A DNA stretch of 58,154 nucleotides, counting the filler, from Sphacelaria rigidula (lineage: Eukaryota): the NCBI GenBank assembly GCA_964200075.2. It is 8 parts of 8 records of this genome, joined end to end, with 100 filler letters (N's around TTAATTAATTAA, not from the genome) between each part and the next. Parts side by side here need not be neighbours in the genome. Positions count along the whole stretch, not along the records: positions 43,693 to 50,873 come from CAXNAA020016101.1; positions 50,974 to 58,154 come from CAXNAA020016102.1; 6 more parts are not named here. One strand, 5' to 3'. Every line of letters starts with the position of its first letter. Positions within the stretch are counted from its first letter, which is position 1. A program made the translations under genes and the position numbers. The notes beneath the pieces are model-generated. The model did not search any database, had not been told where the DNA came from, and worked only from the letters and a program-made list of their open reading frames with translations. Positions 48,089 through 58,154 of the stretch are shown here, one piece after another.

Positions 48089-48524
48089 CACACCCTGGAC
48101 AAGAGATTTATTAGACCAAAATTTCCGATAATAGATGCATTAGACCTATACTTGATCCGGCACATTTTCTCTGTTGAATGGTCAATAGGTTCAACAGATC
48201 GAGAATATCGACAATAGTTGCAATAGACCTGTACTTGATCCGGTGCATTTTTTGTCTACTATGTATGTAGAGTTTCGGAAAACAGAAATAGGCCAAAAAA
48301 AAACTCGGGGATAATTATGGTTTGATTGATTTTTAGTAAGAAGACGCAAATTATCCCAGAGGTTTTGGTTCAAAACTTTGTTTTCCGAAACTCTCTGTTA
48401 ACCCTTTGACCGCGAGAGTAGTCTTTCTGGGCGATGCATACTTTTTTTCACTTGAAATTGATGCCGATTCAACAGAAGACTAACCTCGCGGTCTAAGGGT
48501 TAACCATATATTGTCCAGGGTGTG
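48089..48524. mobile_element. Non-autonomous TIR element with probable 8-bp TSD
   Basis: Perfect 14-bp TIR CACACCCTGGACAA / TTGTCCAGGGTGTG. Flanks AAAAGTTG / AACAGTTG match at 7 of 8 positions. Internal direct repeat. Confidence 0.65.
48402..48499. mobile_element. piggyBac-type MITE (98 bp), nested
   Basis: TTAA|CCCTTTGACCGCGAG ... CTCGCGGTCTAAGGG|TTAA. TIR matches at 14 of 15 positions. Confidence 0.88.
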
Positions 48525-48670
48525 AACAGTTGCCTCCAAAGAGTCATCGTCCCATTAGTTTCCTCTCAATTTCTTCTGGATCATGAGGAGCGTTCTGATA
48601 AATGTACAGTTACCGCATGACCTGAGTTTTTCTAGGGCATGGTGCGTTTATTGGTCGATTTTTTGTGCAG

Positions 48671-48893
48671 GCGGACGTACATGCAGCGCCGGCGGCCGTG
48701 GACGATGAAGGGGTAGACGAAAAAAAAGTAGTTGAAGACGAGCAAGAAGTAGATGATGACGAGGGAGTAGATGATGACGAGGGATTGGACGATGGGGAGG
48801 AGGAGGAGGAGGATGGGGATGGCGAGGAGGAGGGAGCGGGAGATGACGACGGGGAAGAGGAGGGCCCAGAAGGCGATGAAGAAGCACCAGATG
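48671..48893 (+). CDS. Putative internal exon, Asp/Glu/Gly-rich
   Basis: TTTTTGTGCAG acceptor and G|GTGAGT donor. Reads ADVHAAPAAVDDEGVDEKK...EEAPD. Confidence 0.5.
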
Positions 48894-49710
48894 GTGAGTC
48901 CACATGTTTTCGGCCGAGAGGACGGCTACTTGCGAGGGGATGAACCGACCGTCCGAGTCTGAATAGCTTTCTTCCCTTCTCGATTCTGTAGCTGGGGAGC
49001 GCTGCCGAATGAAAGATTGCTGTATCCTCTCCTTGATCCCTTGCGAGCCGCGGCCCCTCAGGTGGACATGAATTAAATTGAACAGCAAGTGCTGTCGGTA
49101 AACAGTGTGGTATGAATCAGGGATTGACAGTCGAGGAATGCATGGTGTGTCGGTAGGAGTAGTGTAATCGAATCATGCTACGATAGGTGGGGTGGGGGTG
49201 TTCTTGGCAATTTTTTCCGTATAATTCCATTTTGAATCGTCGTTGAAAGCAGCAAGGGCTGTTCTAACGCGCTTGATATCTCTCACCCTCATTCATACCG
49301 CTCGACACCTTTTTTTACCCAAATACCAGCGCACCGCGAGGGTGTCGAATCGTCTGAAACATGTATGAGGCCTTTTTTCCGTGGAATCAAACACCCGCCC
49401 CCCCCTATCGAAAGGTTGACTTAATAGTGGCACACAAAGAGGAGCTGTTCAGCTGTAGCACCGAGGTTAGCGGCATTAAAGGTCAGCCGAGTATAATGAT
49501 CTGAAAGGAGACCTGGCGTCCTTCCCCGAAGGGTTGAAGAGTGAAGAAGAAAGGGATTGAGGAAACGTTCTGAGAGTTATTTTCTTCATTGAAGGCAATG
49601 ATATTCGGTATTGATCGGTTTTTCCAGTCGCGCTCGAGCAACCGCTGGCTCCATTTCGAGGATGTGGACGGTACCATCGAAGTCTATGAACTGAGTCTAC
49701 GACAATTCAA

Positions 49711-49808
49711 CCCGTTGACGACGAAGGTAGTTCATCTGGATCGTTCATTCCTTTTTCAAGTGAAATTGATGCAGATCCAACAGATGACAAATTCTCGGCG
49801 TCAAAGAG
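49711..49808. mobile_element. Diverged copy of the piggyBac-type MITE
   Basis: Same 98-bp length and shared TTTTTCA..TGAAATTGATGC.GAT.CAACAGA.GAC. Flanked by TCAA on both sides. Confidence 0.7.
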
Positions 49809-50379
49809 TCAACCCTCCGTGAGCGATAGATTTCCTTGATGAAGCATGACGGCCTCAATGGGTTCGTACAAGCGCAGACGAGTGAGTGCAAGTGCTGATT
49901 CGAGGTAACCGGTCCCTAGGGATCAAATGTACTTGCGGCTGAAAGCACCCCGGATCGTCGGTTTGTGAGCCTAATTATGGTGACGATACGAAGGAAAAGA
50001 AACGAAATAACTGCTGCTCCACTGTAGTTACAGGAATGACGAAGAGAAATGTCATTCCACTGTGTGGTACCCTTTCACGTACATGTCCATGCGAAGCTTA
50101 GCGAGCAACCCACATATGGTCACCATCGCTCTTAAATAACCACAAGTTTCAAAACCTCGCGATCCTGTCCGGCTGTCGCGCTTTCCCCCGACACACGCAA
50201 CGATATGTAGCCCTCCAGTCGAAATTAGCACACTCCCCGCCCCCGCTCTTTCGTCATCCTCTATCCGCGTCCGTGCTGTTTTTTTTTCTAACTGCGAACC
50301 TGTGAGCGATATGAGGTACGAGTGATGAAGCTCATTTCTTAGCTATCGACGATTGTAACGCGCGATTTCTTCACACGCG

Positions 50380-50620
50380 GGACAGCTCATGAGCCACCCT
50401 AACAGTACTTCTTATTGGTGACCTGATCCCAATCATGAGCTAGCTCATTTGGCCCGTTTCCCCATATTTTCTCCCTGCAGCGCTGGACGCCTAGCACGCG
50501 GAGTAGCGCACGAGTACCGCTTTGGCTTCTCTGACCCGGCTGTCACGTATTTTGTGTTGTTTGGCATCGAATCTGACAAGTCTCTTCGATTGGTTATAAT
50601 AGGTAGCTCATGAGCTGTCC
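50380..50620. mobile_element. Possible MITE
   Basis: Inverted GGACAGCTCATGAGC(C/T)ACC at both ends. No TSD seen. Confidence 0.45.
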
Positions 50621-50873
50621 GACATGAAGACATTTTCGAATATATCATGGGTTGGGGAGTGCAAGAAATGAAGCGGGCCAGGGGGGCATGATCCAAATGA
50701 CGGCGGTCGCGCGGGAGAGAGGTTTGAAGTTACAACAAAGTTTTTCTGCAGGAGCTGACATACGTATTGGTGTACGTATTTTTATTGATTTAGATTGATT
50801 GTCGCACTCCAACTGACAGTTCCCCCCCCACCCCCCCCCGCTCCCCGTCCCACTCCGCCAGCTACCTGCACAA

Positions 50874-50973
50874 NNNNNNNNNNNNNNNNNNNNNNNNNNN
50901 NNNNNNNNNNNNNNNNNTTAATTAATTAANNNNNNNNNNNNNNNNNNNNNNNNNNNNNNNNNNNNNNNNNNNN
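50874..50973. other. Artificial contig linker
   Basis: Same 100-bp linker. Confidence 0.98.
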
Positions 50974-50985
50974 AAAAAACAAAAG

Positions 50986-51017
<32 letters not shown>

Positions 51018-51159
51018 AAGAAAATACCCATTTAAAAAAAAAAAAAAAAAAAAAAATGAAACAGATGAGGAAAGCTCATGAAACGTTTTTTTTGGTGTTG
51101 TCTGTGACGACAGTAGACCTTACCAATTGGTCGTATACAATGATTGACACTTGATTTTA

Positions 51160-51369
51160 CTTTATTTCAGACTGAACACCGATATTCGGATCTTTTGGAG
51201 GGGCTGACAGTCCGAACTGTTCCTAGCTCGTCCAGAACGTGATTTCGTCCAAAACCGGCGCCGATTTTCGAGGTCTCGCAACGTCACACCTTGCCTAGGA
51301 AACGCTTTGCCCCCCCCCCCCTTGCCTGAGGGTTCTCGGTATGCTTTGGTCGGGGTTAGGGTTAGGGTT
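51160..51369 (-). repeat. Repeat family D, copy 4
   Basis: Ends GGGGTTAGGGTTAGGGTT. Shares GGGCTGACAGTC, CGGCGCCGATTT and GAGGGTTCTCGGTATGC. Confidence 0.75.
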
Positions 51370-51622
51370 GGCGGCACCTCCACAGTACCAACGGTTGTGT
51401 ATGACCAATGGGTAAGGTACCGTCGTCTGTGACGTCCTTGAGCCCGGAGCGTACACAGAGTCCCATGGCTACAAGGCTTGAGAGACATATTATCGAGAGC
51501 AATTTGGTTGAGAAAGCTGAGAACGTGAGGAACGTTCTTATGCAGAAAAGGAACGAGCTGCAGAATGCACCAGGACACTTGACCATTTCCAGGGCCTTGA
51601 ATTGCTCTCTCTCTCCCCTCTC

Positions 51623-51922
51623 TGGTGAGACACCCATGCGGCAGTGTGCACCAGGTGGCTGTCTCTGGAGGTGCTAATATCAGAAAATGAAGCAACTCAT
51701 TGGAGTCGGCCATCATCCAAATGCAAGATAATCGATAGGCTCCGGGCCGAACATTCTTAGCAGGATGCAGCTCACTCTGCATGCGAGTCGCCGAACATAT
51801 CACGACGCTTCGCGCTTGGTGAGTGAGTGCGAGCCTGCTCCGGTGATAACCCGGCGTGCTCGGTCCCGGCTTTTAGAAATTCGAGGTCAATGGTCAAAAG
51901 ACTACGGCATGCCACATCTGAA
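51623..51922 (+). repeat. Repeat family B, copy 2
   Basis: Homology to 9560-9863. Followed by a C-run. Confidence 0.8.
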
Positions 51923-52320
51923 GCCCCCCCCTTCCCCCTTCCCTCCCCCTCTCTCTCTGTTGTGCTCTTTGACCGCCGTCAGACTGGAGGACGTCATGCC
52001 GCGAGACGAAGACAAACGAACGCACCCCGGACTAGAGCAGAGCGCCAAAGCAGGGTTCCGGGAACTGTCCGCAGCCGTGGGCGGCAAAGGAAACGACGCC
52101 TGAAAGCGTCAAAGAAATTCTTGTGGTCGCACGAAGATTTCTCCTTGAATTGGTGGCGCACTAGTAGTAGTATAGAACGGGGCGTGGAAATAACCGCAGA
52201 AGTGTTCATAGCCGTGCTTGGTCGGAATCACTGATATCACCCGCTCGGCTCCAAGTTCTGGCGGAGGGGTGGGGGGCGGGGCGGGGTTTGTTTATGGCGC
52301 CGGGTAGCGACGCCTGATCC

Positions 52321-52473
52321 CCGTCACCCGCAGGCACACTTCCATTGGTACTGTGAAATACTGCAGTAGTGCCGTCAACCGTAGGTACACTTCCCTTGCT
52401 TCTGTGAAATGCTGTAGCAGTGTCGTCACCCGTAAGTAGACTGTCCTTGGTAATATTAAAGGCTGCAGTAGTG
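52321..52473 (+). repeat. Tandem repeat, 51 bp x 3
   Basis: CCGTCACCCG.AGG.ACACTTCC.TTGGT.CTGTGAAAT.CTG.AG.AGTG. Confidence 0.85.
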
Positions 52474-53495
52474 TGGACCCCCCTGTGCCCGAGGGTACAT
52501 AGTCTACATTTCGATTAGGTTAGTTCGGCGAAATGTGAGAAGTCGACACACACGCTACCCCCCAGGAGGTGGGGTTTGGCCAAGGCCGAGCGGTTGCGTG
52601 ATGGCTGTCGGTACAGTACAAGTATTTAGTGGCCAAACTTGAAACAATTTTTGTTTGTCGATCCAAAGCAATTTTACGGACTTTTTTCATCACCACAAAC
52701 TACCATCACGGCTTCTGTTTGATCCCAAAATTCGAGAGTCCAGAGATCCGAGGAGTACTCGATACAAGTTTCGAGAAAAACAGAAAAATGAACGACCAAT
52801 GTTCAACGAGCGCAGTACCAGTCGATCATGGAACAAATATATCTTGCTTTTGTCCAACCGTAACTCCAACCAGGCCCCTATCCCTAAATCCTGGGCATAC
52901 GACCTGGGCCAGTCAGTCTACAAGCGGATCTGTAGGCTGCAGGCCCAATCTTGCCAAAAGTTTGAGAGTTGGGCCTTCAAATTTGATATGGAGAATTGCT
53001 GCGGCATAGAAAATAAAGTAATTCTAGATCTTTGAATTTTTTCTGTAATTTTCAAAGACAAGATCCAGTTTTCACCGAAACGTCCCAAAGTCATGAATCG
53101 GAATCTCAATGATCCCGAATTACTTTTACCATGCCCCAGCGATTATCCATATATACTCAATTTGAAAGTCCAACTTTCCAAACTAGAGGCCGCTTATTTT
53201 TGTTTCATTCAGTATGCCCTTGCGAGTCTCCAGACCCAAAAATCAAATTACAACTCTAAAAATTGAGCTGAGGAACTGAGTTGAAAGCCCTGAAGCAATT
53301 TGTTTACAATGTCCATTTTTTACAAAAAACGTCGTTGTCTCTTGAAAGAAACTTCGGGGTCCTGAATGTCTTGTTCTTAGTTTGCCCTTTCGACACCCCG
53401 TAACATTAACATGTTCAAAGCAGACGTCTCTAAAGCTGAGACAAAAGTTCAGATTTGGTGCATTTCGTGCCTCTGCTCGTAATCTATCGAGTTTA

Positions 53496-53968
53496 GACCG
53501 GATGTTATGGCAAACAGATTTTTTGCCCACGGATTGTTCACCTCAGGGACATCATTTGACCCCCAAGCAGGGAAAATCGCCAACACACGTCTTGGACACT
53601 TTTCATCATCCCACAGAAAGGAGCCTAGCCCACTTTTCAGATTCGCTTGGCTCCGAGGTTTTAGGATTGGCCGCTGCACAAAAATTCGTGCGCGAAAATC
53701 CGTGCTTGCCCACCCCCGGCAGTTTGCCCAATTTTCTGTGGAGATCGCCGTAGGTTTTGTTGCACACGGTTTTTTGTTCAGCGGCCGCTCTCGAAAATTT
53801 GGAGCCAAGCGAATCTGAGAAGTGGGCTAGGCTCCTCTCTGTGCGGTGATGCAAAGTGTCCAAGATGTGTGTTGGCGATGTTCCCTGTTTGGGGGTCAAA
53901 AAGTGGCTCAAACGCCATAAAAGTGAACAATCCGTGGGCCAAAAATCTGTGTGCCGTAACATCCGGCC
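53496..53968. mobile_element. PIF/Harbinger-like MITE with ~200-bp TIRs
   Basis: TTA|G(A/G)CCGGATGTTA... / ...TAACATCCGGCC|TTA. The arms pair over ~200 bp with a short spacer. Confidence 0.85.
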
Positions 53969-55038
53969 TTAGTACGGAATATCATGGCGCCATGTTTCTA
54001 AGTAACAGATAGATGGTGACGAATCAGGTGGAGGTGAGGGTATCGATTATTTCGCCATGTTCCAGGGACAGCTCGTACAAAAAAAAGCCATTTGCTGTAT
54101 ATTTCGGTCGGGGTTTCACATAGACTTCTTATGGACCCCATCTCTGCAGGATATAGGAATCACTCGTCGTGGCGTTCAATCAATAAGAAAAAATTGGCCC
54201 AGGCGTTTGAGCAGATGGGCATCTTCTTTCCCTGACTACATGATAGGGTATAACAACGTTTTCATGAATTGAAAATGGCTTTGATCATTCGCTTCAATGT
54301 TATTTTACTGTCTCGATATCCTACTCGGGGGTATTAAGGGCCCAAGTTGCAAGCTACTACAGAAAGCATGTCGGGCCTCGTTGAGGGTCATCTCGGAACT
54401 GAAATGATTAATTCAGTAATTGAGCGCTTTTCACTCTCAATCGTATCCCCTACCTAATCTCACGAAAACGTTGTTATATACGGGTCACGGCCCAATTTGT
54501 CTGTGTCGATGAGATATGGCTGTGAGAGCTTACATCCGTTCAAGCAGACGGGCATCTTCCCTTTGACTACATGATCAACAAGATATGCGGATCACCACCC
54601 AATTCGTCAGTGTCGATGAGATGGATATGACCGTGAGAGCTTAAATCCGTTCTTGCGCTGGCCCAGCTTGTGCGGATTCTTTTGGGCGATGAGGGTGGGT
54701 GCGGCATTTTAGGCAGAAGTGTGCAGTAGAATTGCAGAGCTCAAATCTGCTCCGCAGAAGGCAGGCGCTACTAGGAGCCATAATGCGTCTGGCGCATGTT
54801 TTAGAGCACCCGCGACTGCTGTCACCTCCCCCCATGAAGATCTTCACACGGATGTGATGATATGAATGGTCTCATGACTACTGTACGGCACGCATTGTCA
54901 TGAGTACAACCCTGAAGATCGTCTGAGGGTTGGCGCCGCTCGGCAACGACGCTGTCAAACACGCCACTCACCGAATAAAAAAGGCAACGAGGTGACAGTT
55001 TTTTTTCCTTCCCCCGCTTGCGTTGCTTTCGGGGTACC

Positions 55039-55404
55039 CATGATGGTTGTCGAGCTAGATCATGTTGTAAGGGATGGAGAACCTCAACTCCGCGCACAGG
55101 GGATGATCGTACTACGTAGTGTGTGGATATGGTGAGACAGCCATGAGGTAGCGTGGATTCTGTGGCCGTCTCTGGAAGTTGCGAAGCCACAGATTGCAGC
55201 AATTCATTCGAGGCTGACGTCCATATAGTACGCTTTGGGCCGAACAGTCTCAGAAGGATGCATATCACCCTTCACGTGACTCGCCAAACACACCACGTCG
55301 CTTCGCGCTTGGTGATTGAATGCGACCCTGATCCGGCTAAAACCCGGCATGCAGGGATGAGAGGTCAATAGTCTTAATACCTACGGCAAGCAAGATCATG
55401 AGTA
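55039..55404 (+). repeat. Repeat family B, copy 3
   Basis: Near full-length homology to 9480-9863. Followed by a C-run. Confidence 0.85.
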
Positions 55405-55425
55405 GTCCCCCCCCCCACCCCCCTC

Positions 55426-55492
55426 GGTGCTCCGTCTCGAAAGGGATGCATGGTCAACGGTCAAACGACCAAGGCAAGCAACAAGTGAGTAC
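55426..55492 (+). repeat. Repeat family A, copy 4
   Basis: Sits within the C-tract following family B copy 3, with C-runs on both sides. Confidence 0.85.
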
Positions 55493-56345
55493 CCCTTCCC
55501 CCCCCCCCGCCCCGCGCGCGCTGAAGATCCTATTGTGGTAGTCTACACACAGAACCGAGTATTTTTTCAACAACCATGGATTTCGCCGACCAGTTCTCGC
55601 GTGACACTCTCACAGAATCGGACACCACACCGTCCGCTACTCTGTCTCCCGTCTTTCCGAACGGAGAAAACAAGCAGACGTACGCCAGATTCGGAAATGG
55701 GCCCCTCACACAACTACACTACTACGACAGAACGAGGAAGAATCCTGTTTGAGCATGTCACTCGGAGAAGGACGCGGATCCCAAGTCACCATAGTGCAAA
55801 ACTCGCTGCTCATAGGAAGCATTCACCGACCCGACCTCACACCGAAAAACATGGGACTGAAGTTTTCCCTGCCTGCGGAGAACAATCCGATCGCTCCCGA
55901 TACTTGTCTGATCTGACCCCCAGTCGTGTCGCACGCAATCCATGATAGCGCGAGACACTTTCCCCAATCCGATTTCGATAAATCAGTGCCGACATGATTC
56001 ATCTCCTGTAATCTTCCATTCCCCAGACATGAAGCTATTACTACACCAAAATAAAGTCGCCGAATGGTCTCGAGTGAGCTCTCCACACATTCGCGGTAAA
56101 CAGCAGAATAACCCACCGAATTCATGCCATCAATAGTGGCTCAAATGATCGTCACTGAATCATGAGTTGCTCTGCTTCTCCAGCTACATGCAACAATTAT
56201 TTCCAAGGCGGTCCAAAACGGGATTTTCCGTCAAGGGAAGAGGGGAAGGGAGGGGGTGTGCACATAGTCACCGCTGCGGAATCGCTTGTACCTGAACCCC
56301 GTGAAGACCCCGAAATGTAGGTACACCCGTATCTATTTCTTCCAA

Positions 56346-56418
56346 TCAATCAGCCCATACAACCACGACAGTGGAATTGGACAGGCCTGCCTCTTCAATG
56401 GATGTGTCCTTCATCCCG
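56346..56418 (-). CDS. UBX-domain protein, terminal exon
   Basis: TTTTTTGTGCAG|C completes the Ser codon (phase 2), then GMKDTSIEEAGLSNSTVVVVWAD*, a typical UBX end (T/S.EEAGL.N..V.V.W). Confidence 0.88.
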
Positions 56419-56971
56419 CTGCACAAAAAAGTCAGGGGAGGGGCGAAGGTGGGAACAAAGGGGACGTCAAGATTTCCTGTTGTTGTTGGAGCACGAAAAA
56501 AAAAACGCATGCTGGACAGAAGCATGCAGCACCCGTGTTATTGTTTGTTCGTCATGAGAAAAGGTCAAGCAAGGAAAACGAGAACGTTCGGTTTCAACCA
56601 CTGAACACGCGTGTTTTTTTTTTTTTTCCTGAGGATCTTGGATATTGATAGCTACTCGTATCTAAAATATTTTCTTGTGCGAGCAATACGACTGCGCATA
56701 ATTGAGTGGTTTATTTCGATTGATAAATCGCACTTTCAACTGGCCCCCAGGGATCCAGCTGTGGTCACATGATGATAGATGAGACGTACCCGAGACATGA
56801 CAAACCTATAATAAAACAACACTTCCTGAAGAAAAGTGAAGGAAAGCACAAAGAACGTAGAACAGAGAATGAGAACAAAAAAAAAATGAGCACACGAGAA
56901 AGTGAACGTACTGGCATTTATATATATAAAAAAAAAATGAAAGACTATAACGCGCTCGGTCAATAGCTCAC

Positions 56972-57096
56972 CTCATCGATGACGGCGGTCGTATTGTGCG
57001 TACATCGAACGCCTTCGTCTTTGCCCCTTCCAACTCGGAGGCCACAAATAGATACAGCTGCCGAACGTTCGAACGTTTCCGGAATTTTCTCACCAC
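56972..57096 (-). CDS. UBX-domain protein (p97/CDC48 adaptor), penultimate exon
   Basis: CAG|VVRKFRKRSNVRQLYLFVASELEGAKTKAFDVRTIRPPSSM-AG|GTGAGC matches the UBX pattern R.F.....V..LY.FV...F.L.T..P. Confidence 0.85.
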
Positions 57097-57224
57097 CTGC
57101 ACCACCACGACGCCAGTCGCACGCGTACACATCCACGCAACGAAAATAATATAAAAAAAAGACAGCATTGTGGATAGGTCATGACGTACAGTAAAAACAT
57201 GGGGCGAGCGTGGTATATAGGAGC

Positions 57225-57550
57225 CGTGTCACGTCAGTCAAATCACTGGAGTATGATGAAAAAATAAGAGCGGATACATTCTGGCCATTTTATTACTGGA
57301 GTACGATATATAAACAAGGGGCGTTCCACGCTGGTGAGATAAATTACTAGAGTATGATCTGTAAATAAAAGAGGCGTCCCACGCTGGTCAAATCACTGTG
57401 ATATGATTTGAAAGTAAGCCGTTCCACGGTGGTCAAATAAACCACTGGAGTTCGATGATCCATAGTACATGGGAGTCGTTCCACTCTGGTCAACGAGGTC
57501 ACTGGAGTGTGATCTATATATGAGAGCCCTTTCACGCTAGTCAAATATAC
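57225..57550 (+). repeat. Minisatellite, ~45-55-bp unit, ~7 copies
   Basis: GTTCCACGCTGGTCAAAT..CACTGGAGTATGAT units. Confidence 0.8.
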
Positions 57551-57579
57551 CAATAGAGCACACGTCGGACAACTCATCA

Positions 57580-57905
57580 GTTAACTCAGTCATGCTGTAT
57601 AACTCACCCGGCCAGAATGTGCATCGCCGGGTTATGCTCTAAAACTCATCTGGCCACATTTTGCACCGCTGAGTTATACTGTTCAACTAACTCACTTGAA
57701 CAAGGTATGCATCGATGAGCTATAGTTTATAACTCACCCGGCGAGAATGTGAGTTATACTGTACAACTCACTTGACCAAGATATGGATAACCCAGTTAAT
57801 AGTTTATAAGTCACCCGGCCGGAATGCGCATAACTGAGTTATGGTTTACACCTCACCAGGCAAGAATGGGCACCGCTGAGTGCTGCTGCTATAACTCACT
57901 AGTGA
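57580..57905 (-). repeat. Minisatellite family E, inverted block (~8 copies)
   Basis: Reverse complement of the 26650/27520 unit. The adjoining 57960-58010 also matches 27370-27422. Confidence 0.85.
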
Positions 57906-58154
57906 GTTATTGGAAAATGAGTTGTGAAGAACAATGGTCGACACTCGTCACTCATGGAAGAGGAAACGCGTGATCACGTGACACGTCTGCTGGTGCACAT
58001 AGCGTGAGTAGTCTTGAAATATATATGCGTATATACATATATCAAACAGTGTTTTCGTGCGATTGAGAGTAGATGATACGATTGAGAGTGGCTTTGATCA
58101 TTTGCTGTAAGTGAGTCATTTTTGTATTCCACGTGTGCTTTTCTTTACCTCCAT

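Noticed and set aside
51162..51803. Protein family suggested by shared peptides with ORF 54822-55268 (SNELL, PETAT, LPHGCLT)
   Set aside because: The similarity is explained by DNA repeat family B, and the frames are not conserved among the three copies.

Overview
This is eukaryotic, repeat-rich draft genome sequence. Intron style and LINE/Gypsy protein signatures suggest a brown alga or related stramenopile, which is an inference. The window is not contiguous: it is eight size-sorted contigs of 7181-7182 bp joined by artificial 100-bp linkers (N44-TTAATTAATTAA-N44), so neighbouring contigs are unrelated. Host genes found by manual splicing are five phase-0 exons of a trehalose-6-phosphate synthase/phosphatase TPP domain (contig 2, minus), the first coding exon of a LanC-like/GCR2 protein (contig 1), the last two exons of a UBX-domain protein (contig 8, minus), and two acidic low-complexity exons. 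Contig 3 is a nearly complete but decayed chromodomain-bearing Ty3/Gypsy element. The rest is LINE fragments, tRNA-derived elements, MITE/foldback elements (piggyBac-, Harbinger- and Tc1/pogo-like, some nested), minisatellite arrays and several dispersed repeat families. I found no CRISPR array or prokaryote-type operon. The best leads are a TGT...ACA palindromic element of about 84-90 bp with no TSD, a C-tract-associated short/long repeat pair, a TPP domain lacking the HAD lysine and carrying an insertion of about 300 aa, and a chromodomain with an altered aromatic cage. All alignments were made by eye.
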